Origin: Chiloscyllium plagiosum
Taxonomy: Eukaryota
Assembly: GCF_004010195.1 (NCBI RefSeq)
Contig: NC_057711.1
Location: forward strand, 63,938,090 to 64,002,089
DNA length: 64,000 nt
Direction: 5' to 3'
Part shown: piece by piece, positions 1 to 12,817 of the stretch
Layout of the letters: each line of letters opens with the position of its first letter
Position numbering within the stretch: the stretch's first letter is position 1
Translations under genes and position numbers: made by a program
The notes under the pieces: model-generated
The model's database searches: none
What the model saw: the letters and a program-made list of their open reading frames with translations, nothing else
Told to the model about the DNA's origin: nothing

Positions 1-199
1 GAATCTGTGCAAACAGGACACCAAGTGATAATATTCACAGCCGTTCCCCTGCGAAATTAATGGCAGTGTTTGATTCTGTCCCTGAAACAAACTCGGTACT
101 ATCAAAAGCCTTGTAATTAATGGTCAGAACCTGTCAATTATAATGGATTCATATTACCCCTTGCAAGCGGGGCAGACAGAGAGAGAAAAACATCTTTGC

Positions 200-2830
200 T
201 GTTGCAAGACCCTGAATTGAGAGTTCAAAAGGACACGAGAGAGAGAGAGAGACCATTTTAGGTTGTTGGAGCCAGTAGAAAATTAACTCTTAGTGTTTAT
301 CTGCTATGGATTGAATTTAATTGCATTTTGGGACTTTATGATATTGAGTAGCCATTACCGGTTATTAAATACAAACTTTGTAAAAGGTAATATTAGTGAG
401 GCTTTAATTTATTTGCTGTTCTTGCAGACCACTCTACAGATCTTGCAGACTGCTCCACTGTCAATTCTAACTAATCAGATCTTATGTCTTATTTAAATTT
501 GAATCACAACCCTGAAAAGCAAGCATGTTTAATTCGAAGACTAATGAATCAGTTTAAATGCAACCTTATGGTAACTTCTCAGCCTCAGGTACAGAATGAT
601 TCAGTGCTTAAAAAGGAGTCTGCTTCTAGCTTAGAAATTATTCTAAGCCTAACATTGAAGAGATTCTGGCACAATGGACCAGGAAGCCACTTTATGATCA
701 AAAGTTTGCCTTCCTTGCTAAGAAGCCATTTTGTAAAACAATTGTACCTCCCTGTACATGGATGATGTCGCTGTTTTCTGCTCGGATCTGCTGTCCGTGC
801 ACAGAGGCAGGTGCATATGTGACCAGTTTGAACAGGCCTCGGGGGCCAAGGTAAACTGAGGCAAGAGCGAGGCTATGCTCTTCGGGAACTGGGCCGACCA
901 GTACTCGATCCCCTTCACCGTCAGGACCGGCCACCTGAAGGTGCTGGGTATTTGGTTCGGGGGGGCTGGGGTGTGCGCCAAGTCTTGGGAGGAGCGTATC
1001 AGCAAAGTGACGCAGAAACTGAGCAGACGGAAGCTACGGTCACTCTCCATCGCGGGAAAAAAACCTGGTCATCAGGTGTGAGGCACTGTCAATGCTGTTA
1101 TACGTGGCACAGGTTTGGCCTATTCCCAGAACCTATGCCGCAGCAGTCACCCAGGCCAACTTCCATTTTATATGGAGATCAAAGATGGCCAGGGTCCGAA
1201 GGGACTCGATGTATCAAAGCTCTGGGCAACGGGGAAAAATTACACCCAATGCCACCCTCACCCTGATGGCCACCTTTGTGTGTGGCTGCATCAAGCTGTG
1301 CGTGGATCCCCGGTACGCAAACACCAAGTGTCACTACGTACTGAGGTTCTACCTGTCCCCGGTGTTGCGAAGGATGGGCCTGGCCCCGCTGCCGCGGAAT
1401 GCTCCGAGTAGTTGGACTGTTCCGTATCACCTGTCCTTCGTGGAGAAGTTTATGAAGAAAAACACCTTTAACCGCAAGTCCATCAGGAAGTGGTCTGTAC
1501 GTAGTATCCTTGAGACCCTTCGGGAAAAGGAGAGGGCGGATCCTATCGAGCGGTTCCCTGAGCAGACTGTCAAAGTCGTTTAGCAGAATGCCTCATCAGC
1601 AGAACTTTCCAACAAGCACCAAGACATGGCTTGGCTGGTGGTGAGAAGGGCTCTGCCTGTGAGGTCCTTTATGCACGCCTGGACTCTCAGCCGCACCGCA
1701 CGCTGCCCTCGAAGCGGCTGCGGGAGGACGAGACTGTCACACACCTCCTTCTGGAATGTGCCTACGCAGAAGTAGTCTGGAGAGGAATGCAGTGGTGTTT
1801 GTCCCAAGGTTCGTCCCGAGCAGCGCCGTGATGTGGGACTCCGTGCCACTTTATGATCCCCAGGATGCACACAGAGACAAACATCAACTGTGCATGGAGG
1901 ATCATCAACTCGGTGAAGGACGCTCTCTGGACGGTCTGAAACCTGTTGATCTTCCAGCTGAAGGAGTTGACCCCGACTGAATGTTGCAGACTGGCACATT
2001 CCAAGGTCCAGGACTACGTGTTGAGGGACGCGCTGAAGCTTGGGGCAGCTGCTGCCAAGGCGTGGTGGGGAAAGACCACCGTGTAACATCTGCCTGTCTG
2101 AGAAGAACAGGGGGCCCACGCAGTCATTTGGGCTCTGTTGACGCCTCAGCTAAATATATGGATATATGATATATACAGGTCTGTACGTTTATCAATGAAT
2201 GATAAATTCTGATCTCTGTATGCAAATGTATATGTATGTATGGCATGACCAACTGTACAGACCATCAAATTATTTTATGAATAAAGTATATTTTTGAAAT
2301 AAAGAAAATTGTATCTGACATGTGAGCTGTGCAAGGTTACCTTATGAACTCTCCAATTAGCTCAGACTGGTACCTCCTTATGATAAGAGTTTATCTCGCT
2401 AGCAGGTGCCTAACTCGGCTAGGTATGTTTTTCCCACCTGATGAATGGGCCTGTGGGAGTCATTAGTCAAGCGTACACAGACTTGTCAATTAATTTTTCT
2501 TCCTTACGAATTATTGTCTTTCACTGTTATCTGTCTAATTAAGAACATGCAATGTTTCTGTAAACTCTTGTATAAAGGAAGCCACTTTGTATCAGTGCAT
2601 CAGTGCATCGGACTAGCCTGCTGGGACACTTGAAGAGCTGGTACCCTACTCTCCTAGGTTATTAGAACCTAGCTAGTTTAGTTTATAAGTATCAGTGTTA
2701 TGTTGTAACAGTGATGCTATGAGTGAATAAAGGGATGACTAAAATTAAACCAATCTGTTTATAAGAGGTTTTTTATTCCAGATTTCCAAAGAGTACGATC
2801 TCCAGAACGAACCAAGAGGGAGGCTTTACA
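200..2830 (+). mobile_element. Possible LTR-like element interrupted by a Tx1 LINE
   Basis: Sequence on either side of the Tx1 insertion joins continuously. GAAGCCA(C/T)TTT recurs at ~682, ~722 and ~2578. There is a TATA-like TATAAA at ~2571, AATAAA at ~2726 and a ...CTTTACA end at 2830. The left boundary and TSD were not resolved. Confidence 0.35.
747..2306 (+). mobile_element. 5'-truncated Tx1/L1-clade LINE (RT C-terminal half, Cys/His domain, 3' UTR), inactivated
   Basis: Starts at the RT motif SLYMDDVAVFCSD and includes KVLGIWFG and the C-terminal CPRSGC..DETVTHLLLEC. Frameshifts and stops split the ORF. It ends in AATAAA plus an A-rich tail, with TSD AATTGTA at 740-746 and 2307-2313. 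Confidence 0.85.
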
Positions 2831-2989
2831 GGTCTGAGTCCACAAGAGATTGAGAGTGGAATACCAATCATCAGAATCAATGTACAAAATTATTCAAGAT
2901 CAAAAGAAACTTTGCAGAAATAGACTGAACACAAAATAATCAAGTATCGTTAAAAAAACAGTAATTCCAAGATTTAAAACAAAAACTCA

Positions 2990-3118
<129 letters not shown>

Positions 3119-5559
3119 TTAATAAAAAACAAAAAGTTAAAAAAAAGTAAACATTTTCACAACCCATATTACAGGATGCACACAGAATAAAGTATTAGCT
3201 GAGAACCAGACAATTCCTGCTCTGTGTAACTTGTAGTTTAAAAGCAAATCACATGCATATAAAAATATCTGGCAGTATTCTACGTACAATCCTTGGGAAA
3301 TCCTCAATTACGTAAAATGTTCTATATACCTGCAGAACCATTTCAATGAATCTATTGAATGGGCAGAGATTCAAAAAGTCTTTGCACTCTGCAATGCAGT
3401 GCCAATATTTGGATCTGAGCAAGAAATGAAAACAACTCCAAAATACTTAAGTTCTGATTTTTCCAGGGATTGAATGGAAGATTATACTAAAGTGTGTAGA
3501 ATGATTTTATTTCAGCAAAATTATACTTCATTACTGAAAATGTGAATTTCTTCAATGGATTGCAAGGTACTTAATTTCAAAATTTCACATTTTAAAATGT
3601 TAATGCCAGAACTAAAATAAAAACTGACCTACTTAATCATTATTCCATCAAACAATGAACCTCAAGACCTCTGCAGACTTGTCCAATCAGATATATTCTA
3701 CATGTAGATAGCGTAAATTTTCATAATTGCAACTAGATCCAATTGAAACAATACTTAGCTGATAGACATTTACTGCATATTCCTGGATTTTTTTTTTTAA
3801 AACATCTGACCAAACCAAGAGCAATGTACGGTACTGGGCTCAGCTTTCTGGAATTCAAATTCATTATATCAAGGAATAAAGACTTCTTGTCGTTATTCTG
3901 CATTCGTGCTAGCAACCTAAAAGACATTCTAGCTATTTTCAGCTAGGAAATCTATGCTGAGATGTGAAGTCTCAAAAGCTTGAAAGGGATGAAAATACAA
4001 AATCAATGTGGAAGAAAGGTACTGGATTACTAATTGGATATTTGTACTAAATGAGTCAGAATTGATTCAGCCTCTAAAGCTCTTGAATATATGATGGAGT
4101 TCTTCAATTCAATGTTCAGATTAATGCTCCGCAGCATTGTTTTAAAAAAAGCTGTACAAGCTGACAGATGAAAAAAAGGTAGAGTTCTTCATTTTACTTT
4201 ACGATGACAATACTGTATACTGGACGTAACAGCTTTAATACATGCAAGTCATCGACTTAATTATACTGCTAACTCTACACAAATCTTGAATTAACAGAGC
4301 AGTATGCAAAAGTACTTAAATAGATACATGGCACTGACAACTTTAATTGATTCTCAAATACAGATGAAGAACTGGCAGCATCTGTGAAGAGAAAGCAGTG
4401 TTAATGTTTCAAGTCAAGTGACCGCTCTGACCTGAAATATGAACTCTGCTTTCTCTCCACAGATGCTGCCAGACCAGCTGACATTTTCCAGCAATTTTTG
4501 ATTTTGTTTCAGTTTTATAATATTAAAGAACTTGACTTTATTTCATTCATTTCATGGTCAAAGGACATCCCAAGTGTTTCACAGCCAAATGAAATGCTTC
4601 TGCTGTAACACTGTAGTGCAGGATATGTATACAGATAGCATGGTTTCAGAAACTACAGGTTACTAGACCTGCTGTGTTACTCTAGCACACGGTTTTTGTT
4701 TTCAATAATCAGTTAATTTATTTTTAAAAGGGTTGATTGAAAGATAAATGTCAGTGAGGACACTAGAAGAGTGTCTTATTCTTTTGTGACTTCTACTATT
4801 GGTTGCGTACCAGCATATGGTAAATAGGTTTCACATTTCATCAGATGGTGCACTAACTGTACCAAATATCATGCTTTCGGTGCTGGGTAGAGTTGAACCA
4901 CAACCTTGTGACTCAGCTTAGCATTACCACTTTCTTGAGGTTGTCACAAAAACTGTTCTGTCTGGCCTAAATCAGATTTTAGTTCTACAGTAATATGAAG
5001 GACACTGACTGCCCTATGAAGTCAGTCTTTTTTCTAAACTGCCCCTAGTGGTTGAAGTAGAAAGCTCAGCAACAGGTAAACAAGCTCTCATAAGCACTGA
5101 ATACCAGCTTTGTCAGTGGCCACCTTCAGAAAATGTATTCAAAAGGCCAAATCCCAAACATATTCTCTACAATTTACCCAAAGCAAAGAAAATCCATAGA
5201 TAATGCATCCAACTACTGAAAGGAACCAGCCTAATTTTCCTCTCCCTCCCTTCCTTTGGCATCTTCTCAAATGATTCTGAGAAGATGAAGGCTAGTCATT
5301 GTGGAATTAAAAGGCTCATCGCATTCCCCAAAACCTCCTTAATGTAAACGCACAAAGGATAGAATAACACGTGCTTTGTCAACACAAATTGGCTGTAACA
5401 TGATTGACGAATTATGGATGCTGTTCGGATAATGCAAACTTTCTACTGAATGAGGTATAGAGATTTTATATAGTGATTTTCTAAAGCACGAGGTTGCAGA
5501 GGAACAACTGTCACATTATACCAGAAAACCCTGTACAATTAACAAGAAAGTGAACAGAA

Positions 5560-6100
5560 CCAGCCATATGGATATGGTGATTCCATGAGGTTAAATATTA
5601 GGAATGCCACAAACTTTCAACTCCCTAATCTATCCACCATCTACAAGGCACAAGTCAGGAGTGTGATGGAATACTCTTCACCTGCCTGGAAGAGAGCAGC
5701 TCCAAAATATTCAAGCAGCTTGATACCATATTGGTCAAAGCAGCCTGCTTGTTTAGCACCCCATCTATACCTTCTGTATTCATGCAGTCCACTACAGACA
5801 AACAGTGTCAGTGTGTGCCAATTAAAAGACACACTGCCAATAACTCTAATTTCCTTCAAAAACACCTTTCAAATCAATGACTTCCAGCACCTTGAATGCA
5901 GGGGCAGCAGATGCAGAGCATCACTACTGCAAACTCTCCTTCATGCCACATTCAATCCTGATTAAAAACTACAACTCCTTTCCTATCAGTATGGTGGGTA
6001 TCTGACAAAGGACTGCAGTAGCTCACCACCACTTTCTCATGGGCAATTAGGGATGTGCAATAAATGCCAGGCTACCCAACTATCTCCAAGCGAAGAACAA
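5560..6100 (+). mobile_element. Decayed CR1/L2-group LINE 3' fragment
   Basis: LSTIYKAQVRSVMEYSSPAW is a typical CR1/L2 RT C-terminal motif, followed by a 3' tail ...GGGCAATTAGGGATGTGCAATAAATGCC. Confidence 0.65.
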
Positions 6101-6649
6101 ATAAGAAAAAAATTCCATCAGACAAAAGAAATTTAAATTTAGTGATATGAAAAAAATGTCTTCAGCGAGTTAAATGAGACTCAGCAGATAAACAAAACAC
6201 GCTATTGATGATTATGCTATTTTACTGACATCTTCCCTTGACAATTTTTTGTTGTTTCTCCACTTGTCTGGCAACTTTTGTCTGGCATCTTGCTCCTGCC
6301 TTCCACCCAATCACAGACTCTTCCTATTGTTATCATCCCTCCCACTGCCTACTTTTGATTGTATAGATATCTTTAATTTTTCAGTTTGACAACTTGAAAA
6401 AACCTAACTTGCTCCCTCTCCACAGATAAAACCTGAACTGCATTTTTCAGAGTCATGATAGCACGGAGGCAGCCATTCAGTGCATCCTGGCCACATAAAT
6501 CACATCAATACCATTCTCCAACCCTCCCCCCACATCCTTGATCATTTTTCCTTTTTCAATATTCAAAATTTTAAAATTTTAATATTTTATAGCACAAAAG
6601 GCAGCTGGTCTCTCCATTGCGTCTCCATTAGCCAAAAAATGAACTGCCC

Positions 6650-7900
6650 AAGCAAATCCTACATTCTGCAATTGATCCTAAGTTTTTCAGGTGCACATCC
6701 AGCCACCTATTAAAAAGGTTTCAGCCTTTGCTGCCCATTCAGACAGATTTTCAGACCCTGCCACCCTCCAGGTGAACATGTTTTTCCTCATTTCATCTGT
6801 AATTCCTTTACAAATCCCTTGAAGTCTACCCAAATGGGACCCTCCCATCTGCTCTATCTAGGCCTTTCACAGCCTTATGAAATAAAGTCTCTCCTCAAGC
6901 TTTCTCTGTTCCAAGAAAATAACACCAAACTGAGTCTTTCCTCATGGCTGTGATTTTTCCATTCTGGTCGCATCCTCTGTTTGCTAAATGCGATTACATG
7001 TTTTCTGTATTGAGGGAACCATGGCTGCATGCAGTACATAACGCATGATTAATTAATGTTGTATATAGCTTCAGCATACCAGTGTTCCTCTGTCCTTTGC
7101 TTCAGCTGATAAAACAAAGTATTCCAAATACCCTTTTAAATCGCCTCATCAACACATCTATCTTCAGGCCCCTGTGCACATTTGCTCAAAGGTCCCTTAC
7201 TGCCTCAAAACCTCCCTGCATTCCACCAATGAACTGTATAGTCCATTGCTTTTTTTGACTTTTCTGAATACATCACCTCTGACTTCTGGATGAATTCCAT
7301 TTAACACATACCTGCCTACTTGGTCAATCAACTGATATTCACCTGCAGTCGATACCTCACTATCAAAAACGTGGCCAATTTTTGTGCAACCTGCAAATTT
7401 CTTGATCATAGTCCCTGCACCTGCATTCAAGTAATTAATATACACAACAAACTGAAGGGACGCAGGACTAAGTCCTGTGGAACATCACTGGAAGTAGCCT
7501 TTCAGAGGCAACAACACCCATCAATAATTAAACTTTTTTTCCTGCCACCAGGCCAATTTTATCCAGCTTATAATATTCCCTAGCATCCCCAAAAGGCCTT
7601 TTTGTTTAAACAAAACAGACTGCTACTTGGGGCCTTGTCATTGGTCCCACACAAATCCACATAGACTATCACAAGCAGTACCCTCACTAATCCACTTTAT
7701 TACTTCAAGAAATTCAACCAAGTTATACACCACCCTTCCTGAAATCCACGTTGACTGTCCTTGATTAGTCCATGCCTTTTAAATTAAACAATTTATTCTG
7801 TGCTTCAGAATTAGTTTCAATGATTTGCCTACCACAAAGGTTAGACTAAATAACTACAAGCCAGACAGCCTATGAACAAAAAAGTAATAACAGCAGTCCA
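6650..7900 (-). mobile_element. Decayed CR1 LINE RT fragment
   Basis: Minus-strand YINYLNAG...KFAGCTKIG is a degenerate YINDL..KFADDTKIG. Boundaries approximate. Confidence 0.6.
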
Positions 7901-8491
7901 TCAATTCTATGACATACAGTGAGGATCCACAATGCAGTGACAAGTGACCAATTATGATAAGAAAAACCACAAAATAATCAGAGACATAGCCACATCTTCT
8001 GCCTCTACACATTAGCTTTTTTGTTTTTAGTGGTACTCTTACTTTCTCTTACTCAATGAACTGAAAACATCTTTGGGTTCACCTGATTTTTAATTGCCAA
8101 TATTCTTTTACATCCTCTTTGCTTTCCTAAATTCTTTTTTGATTTTAACCCCACACCTTTTATAATGATGCTCAGAACTCCACCCTCTCTTGTTGCTATA
8201 TGCTGGCCAAAAAAAGTTTGTTCCATTTCTATCACATCAACATTCTGCCCGTTAAACTTGAGGGAGTTAAAATAATTCATTATTGTCCTGATGTTTTTCC
8301 ATTTTTCAGAAATTTATCCCCATAATTTGCTCTGCCTCCTGACAGTTTGGTAGTCAAAAAAAGACTTCCAGTACTGTGACAGAATGTTTTTTTTAAAAAG
8401 GTTTTTAACTCAATGCATATGGTCTCCTTTGATGATTTCCAGTATTTTGTTTTTAATTTCACATTTCCAGCATACCCAGTATTTTGCATTA

Positions 8492-8804
8492 CAGGTAGAC
8501 AATCCTTTATCTGAAATCCAAAGCTGTTTTCATTTTTTTCTCCATAACAAGGTTGTTTGGCGTGCAAACATTTTAACGAATTCAACACCCACTTGACCCA
8601 CATCACTCAGCTGTGACGTGGTGGCGTGGCCCAGGACTGGCAGGCGTCAATTCTGTTTCTGTGCTCATAGTAGTCACATGTGCGCCTGCTGCTCAGTAAA
8701 AAATTTTTATTTCAATGTGAAAATGCCATTTATTCCAAAATCCCAAACATTCCAAAATCCGAAAACCAGCTGGCCACAAGGGTTTCGGATCTTTGGTCTA
8801 CCTG
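8492..8804. mobile_element. Tc1/mariner-type (Tigger-like) MITE
   Basis: Terminal inverted repeats CAGGTAGAC...GTCTACCTG flanked by TA on both sides (8490-8491, 8805-8806); non-coding. Confidence 0.8.
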
Positions 8805-10119
8805 TACCTAGTTGGATTTAACAAGTAGTTCTAGGGTTCAAACTAATAATGTTTCTTTTAACAAACGTAGCGTTGCTACAACTCAAACAAAATGCCTCAG
8901 CTCTAAGCTGACAGTAGACAAGCAGAAGGTTGGAAGGACAGGCCAAGCAAAACCCCAGTTATAACATTTAATAATTTTGCAGGATGTACTGGACACAGTG
9001 ATTGAAGTTTTCAGCAGTATCACTTAAGTTCTCAGAGTTGCCTTTCTGAAGCAAAATGGGCATTTTGTTTGAGATTCCCACTGAACACCAATATCCAACT
9101 ATGGAGTTTGGTACACTGGATCATAAGCCAAAACCAATTTTAATTTCTGAAAAGAAAAGGAATTCTACACAGCGCCCGAAAGCAGATTATTTCCCAACCA
9201 ATTACATGGACAGATACTTTTCAATGTGTTAATCGAGGGCAGCATAGACTATTGATTTAGAGCTCTTACGTTGCAGTGGTAGTTTCAATACCTTAGAGCC
9301 AGAAGCCAGGGTTCAAGCCACACTGCAGAGGTGTGTCATAACAGTTGAACAGATTGTTTAAAAAATATCTAGACAAGAGCAGTCAAGGATAAGTGGGACA
9401 GGAACCAAGATAATCTTCTTGCAGAGGCAGAGGCTTGGCTGACTTACTAAATGAGTACTTTACAGGTGACTATATTAGCAATGAGAATTCTACTAATATA
9501 GTAAAAAGAGGAAGCAGTTGTGACACTGAACAGGATAAAAATAGATAAAAAAGGATTAAAATGCCTCAAAGCAGGAATGTCACCTGGTCCAGAGGTGAAG
9601 CAACCTAGATTACCGATAGAAATAAGGTGAAAATTGCAGAGTATCAAACCTTAGTCTTACAATCCTTGGGCATAGGATTGGTGCAACAGATGGAGTACTC
9701 AACTTTACATCACATTCAAAAAGAAAACCGGATAAACCTGGCTATTGGAGGGCAGTCAGCCAAATATCATTTGTGGAGACAATAATCTGGATATATTAAA
9801 TTGCAATTTGAAAACAAAATAGGCTAATAAATGTAGGTCAACAGATTTATTAAAGACGGAATGTGCTCAATCAACATGTCAAGAGTTAAAGTTACAGAGG
9901 AATGATGGCTGCATTACAGCTGATCTCCATGTATTGACTTTTAAAAGGTAGAGTACCCACAACGGACTTGTCAGCAATATTGAAATTCATGGGATTCAAG
10001 GGCTAATAGACATAAAGAACACAAAGACAGTATGAACAAATCCCTCGAGAATGAAAAGGAATGGTGCTCCCCATGGCGCAACACTAGGACAGCCACTACA
10101 ACTATTAATGACTGATACA

Positions 10120-10190
10120 CAGCAGGTCAGGCAGCATCCAGGGAACAGGAGATTCGACGTTTCGGGCACAGGCCCTTCTTCAGGAATGAA
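10120..10190 (-). mobile_element. Short Penelope-type terminal-repeat insertion carrying a minimal hammerhead ribozyme
   Basis: Flanked by an 82-bp direct duplication (10038-10119 / 10191-10272); same family as the other GGAGAAAGTGAGG...CCCTTCTTCAGGAAT copies. Confidence 0.8.
10152..10187 (-). ncRNA. Minimal type I hammerhead ribozyme motif (best-preserved family A copy)
   Basis: Minus strand reads AUUC-CUGAAGA-A-GGGC(CUGU)GCCC-GAAA-CG-UC^GAAU. The core is intact, stem II has 4 bp, stem I is AUUC/GAAU and helix III is palindromic ACGU. Confidence 0.75.
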
Positions 10191-10437
10191 AAATCCCTCG
10201 AGAATGAAAAGGAACGGTGCTCCCCATGGCGCAACACTAGGACAGCCACTACAACTATTAATGACTGATACAATGCATTATTTCAAAGTTTATAAGTGAT
10301 ACAAAACTTGGAAATGAAATAATAAGGACAGAACACAATTTCAGAAGAGCATAGACAGGCTAGTGAAAAGGTCATGTTCATGACAGATGAAACTTAGTTA
10401 GACGAACGTGAGGTGAAACACTTTGGTGGGGAGAATG

Positions 10438-11090
10438 TGTTATGGACCAGGCCAGACCCCCTCAAAACATTTCAAGAAAGTAGCCTGGACCATAACTTTG
10501 CTAGGTATTTTGAGCAGGGGTGAGGTGGATATTCCAGGAGTGATGCACCTGGCCTAGCCACTTGGTTTTAAACAAAACAGAATTTATTTGCAAGATTACT
10601 GAATGAAACAAAAGAGAATAGAATATCTTAGCCTATCCGACAACCCAAAGGATTAACCAAACTTAATGATACTTTTGCATCTACTTGCAACAAATCCCAA
10701 AAACACCTCTAGGTAAAAAGAAAAAGTCAAAGACAGGTCTTACAGGAGAGACGTCAGCGAGAGAGAGAGATTGCAGAGAGGTTCAGCATTGAACACCTTC
10801 TTCCATGCAGCTGTTTCTTTGACCAGCAGCCTCAAAATTGGCTGCCTGCTAAAACCAAACCAAACCAAACCAGAGTAAAGCTGAACTGGGAGAATGGACC
10901 ACTCCCCTTTCATTGTACAGGTGTTTTTTTTATAAAACTTAAAAAGACTTTTGCCTGATGCAGTATCTGTTAGCTCCAATCAAATTCGCCCGAAAGCCCC
11001 TCCAAACTAGACCCCTTACTGGTGTCTTTAGGACCACTGAAAAAAAAACTAAGGACAACATAACCTAGTTAAAGCAGCACCATCGTCACA
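10438..11090 (-). mobile_element. Solo LTR (Gypsy/ERV-type), 653 bp
   Basis: TGTTATG...GTCACA termini with a 4-bp TSD AATG (10434-10437, 11091-11094). TATA-like (~10925-10938) and AATAAA (10583-10588) on the minus strand. Inserted into an old CR1 remnant. Confidence 0.85.
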
Positions 11091-12179
11091 AATGAGAAAA
11101 GACAACATGAACCAAATGGTACCATTTTCAAGCAAGAGGAGATTTGGAGGCATGTTTAAACAGTCAAAACTAAAATTATCAAGGCTGGTTTAAAAGAAGC
11201 ATTTGGAATTCTTAGCTTTAAGAGAGTGTACAGAAGGAAAGAAATTATGCTAAAAATTTATAAATGCTGGAATATGGCATTCAATTCTCAGCATTGGACT
11301 GAGTGCCATAAACAGGCCTGAAAATCTCAGATTATTTGCCAGGATCAAGAGGCTTCAACTATGTGGATAGACTGGAGAAATCAAGATTGTCCTCATCACA
11401 GCATAGGTTTAAGAGGAAATCTAATACAAGTTTCAAAATCATGAAGGGCTTTGCAGTGAAAATAAAGGGAAACTGTTTACAGTAGAAGAGCTGGTAACCA
11501 GGGAACAAAGTTAGATGACTAACAAAAGAACCCAAAGTGACAAAAGCAAACTTGACATATATTATGTTGTTTGTGATCCAAAATGCATACGCAAGCAAAA
11601 ATAAAACCTGCCAATGCCAGCATTAAATACATTCAACGATAGAGATTCTGCAACCCTCTCGGGTAGATAATTCCAAAGATGTACAGTCGCTTGAGTGAAG
11701 AAATGTCCAATCTTGAATGATTGGGCTTTAATCTAAAGACTGACTGTGTATTTTGGATCCTCTGACCCGAGGAAATAATCTATCAGTGTCTACCCTAAGA
11801 CCTTTAGAATCTTGTATACATTAATGAAATCAGTTCTCATTTCTTCTAAACTCCAAAAAAAAGATTCAATTTATTCAGCCTATCATAGGACCTCAGTTTT
11901 ATATATATAAAATTTATACATCTTTTAATATCACGTACACTGGATTTGATGTGTCTTCAAAAGGATTTTATTCATTAAAGTATTTACAACTATTTCTGTG
12001 GCTACGGTGGTTTATTTTCAAACAAAGGAAGAAAGACATCCTGCAGAGTATAGGGATTTTGTTTACGTTGGGAGAGCTTTAGGAGTGAACAGAATAAACA
12101 GTGATGTATGAAGGTTTCAGTTCAAAGAATTAGAATTGTATTTGGATTATGGGTGTTTAAGGAAAACACCCACTGAGTC

Positions 12180-12372
12180 AGATATACAGCACAAAAACAA
12201 ACCCTTTGGTGCAACTTGACCATGCCGACTAGATATCCTAAATAAATCTAGTCCCATTTGCCAGCACCAGGCCCATATCCCTCTATACCCTACCTATTCA
12301 TATACCTATCCAGATGCCTTTTAAATGTTGTTATTGTACCAGCCTCCACCACTTCCTCTGGCAGCTCATTCA
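12180..12372 (-). mobile_element. CR1 (HER1-like) 3' end
   Basis: Reverse complement of the NELPEEVVEAGTI..FKRHLD..3'UTR tail also seen at 20800-21000. Confidence 0.75.
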
Positions 12373-12423
12373 TTTTGCCATTCCTGCATCCAAGTCATGA
12401 ATGTAGATTGTAAATAGTTGGGA

Positions 12424-12574
12424 GTCGACATTTCGGGCATAAGCCCTTCTTCAGGCTTATGCCCAAAACGTCGATTCTCCTGCTCCTCGGATGCTGCCTG
12501 GCCTGCTGTGTTTTTCCAGCACCACATTTTTCAACTCTGGTACTCCTACATCTGCAGTCCTCACTTTCTCCTCC
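12424..12574 (+). mobile_element. Hammerhead-family A short insertion with 5' inversion
   Basis: 16-bp TSD TTGTAAATAGTTGGGA (12408-12423 / 12575-12590); the first ~30 bp is an inverted copy of the ribozyme segment. Confidence 0.8.
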
Positions 12575-12691
12575 TTGTAAATAGTTGGGAACCAAGGACA
12601 GAACCCTGTAGCACCAGTTACAGCTTGCAAACTAGAAAGAGATCCACCTATTCCAACTCACTGCTTTTTGTTGGTTAGCCAATCTTCTACC

Positions 12692-12817
12692 TGAAGAAGG
12701 GCTTATGCCCGAAACGTCAATTCTCCTGCTCCTTGGATGCTGCCTGACCTGCTGCGCTTTTCCAGCAACACATTTTCAGCTCTGATCTCCATCATCTGCA
12801 GTCCTCACTTTCTCCCC
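12692..12817 (+). mobile_element. Hammerhead-family A short insertion
   Basis: CTGAAGAAGGGCTTATGCCCGAAACGTC core; 16-bp TSD TAGCCAATCTTCTACC (12676-12691 / 12818-12833). Confidence 0.85.
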
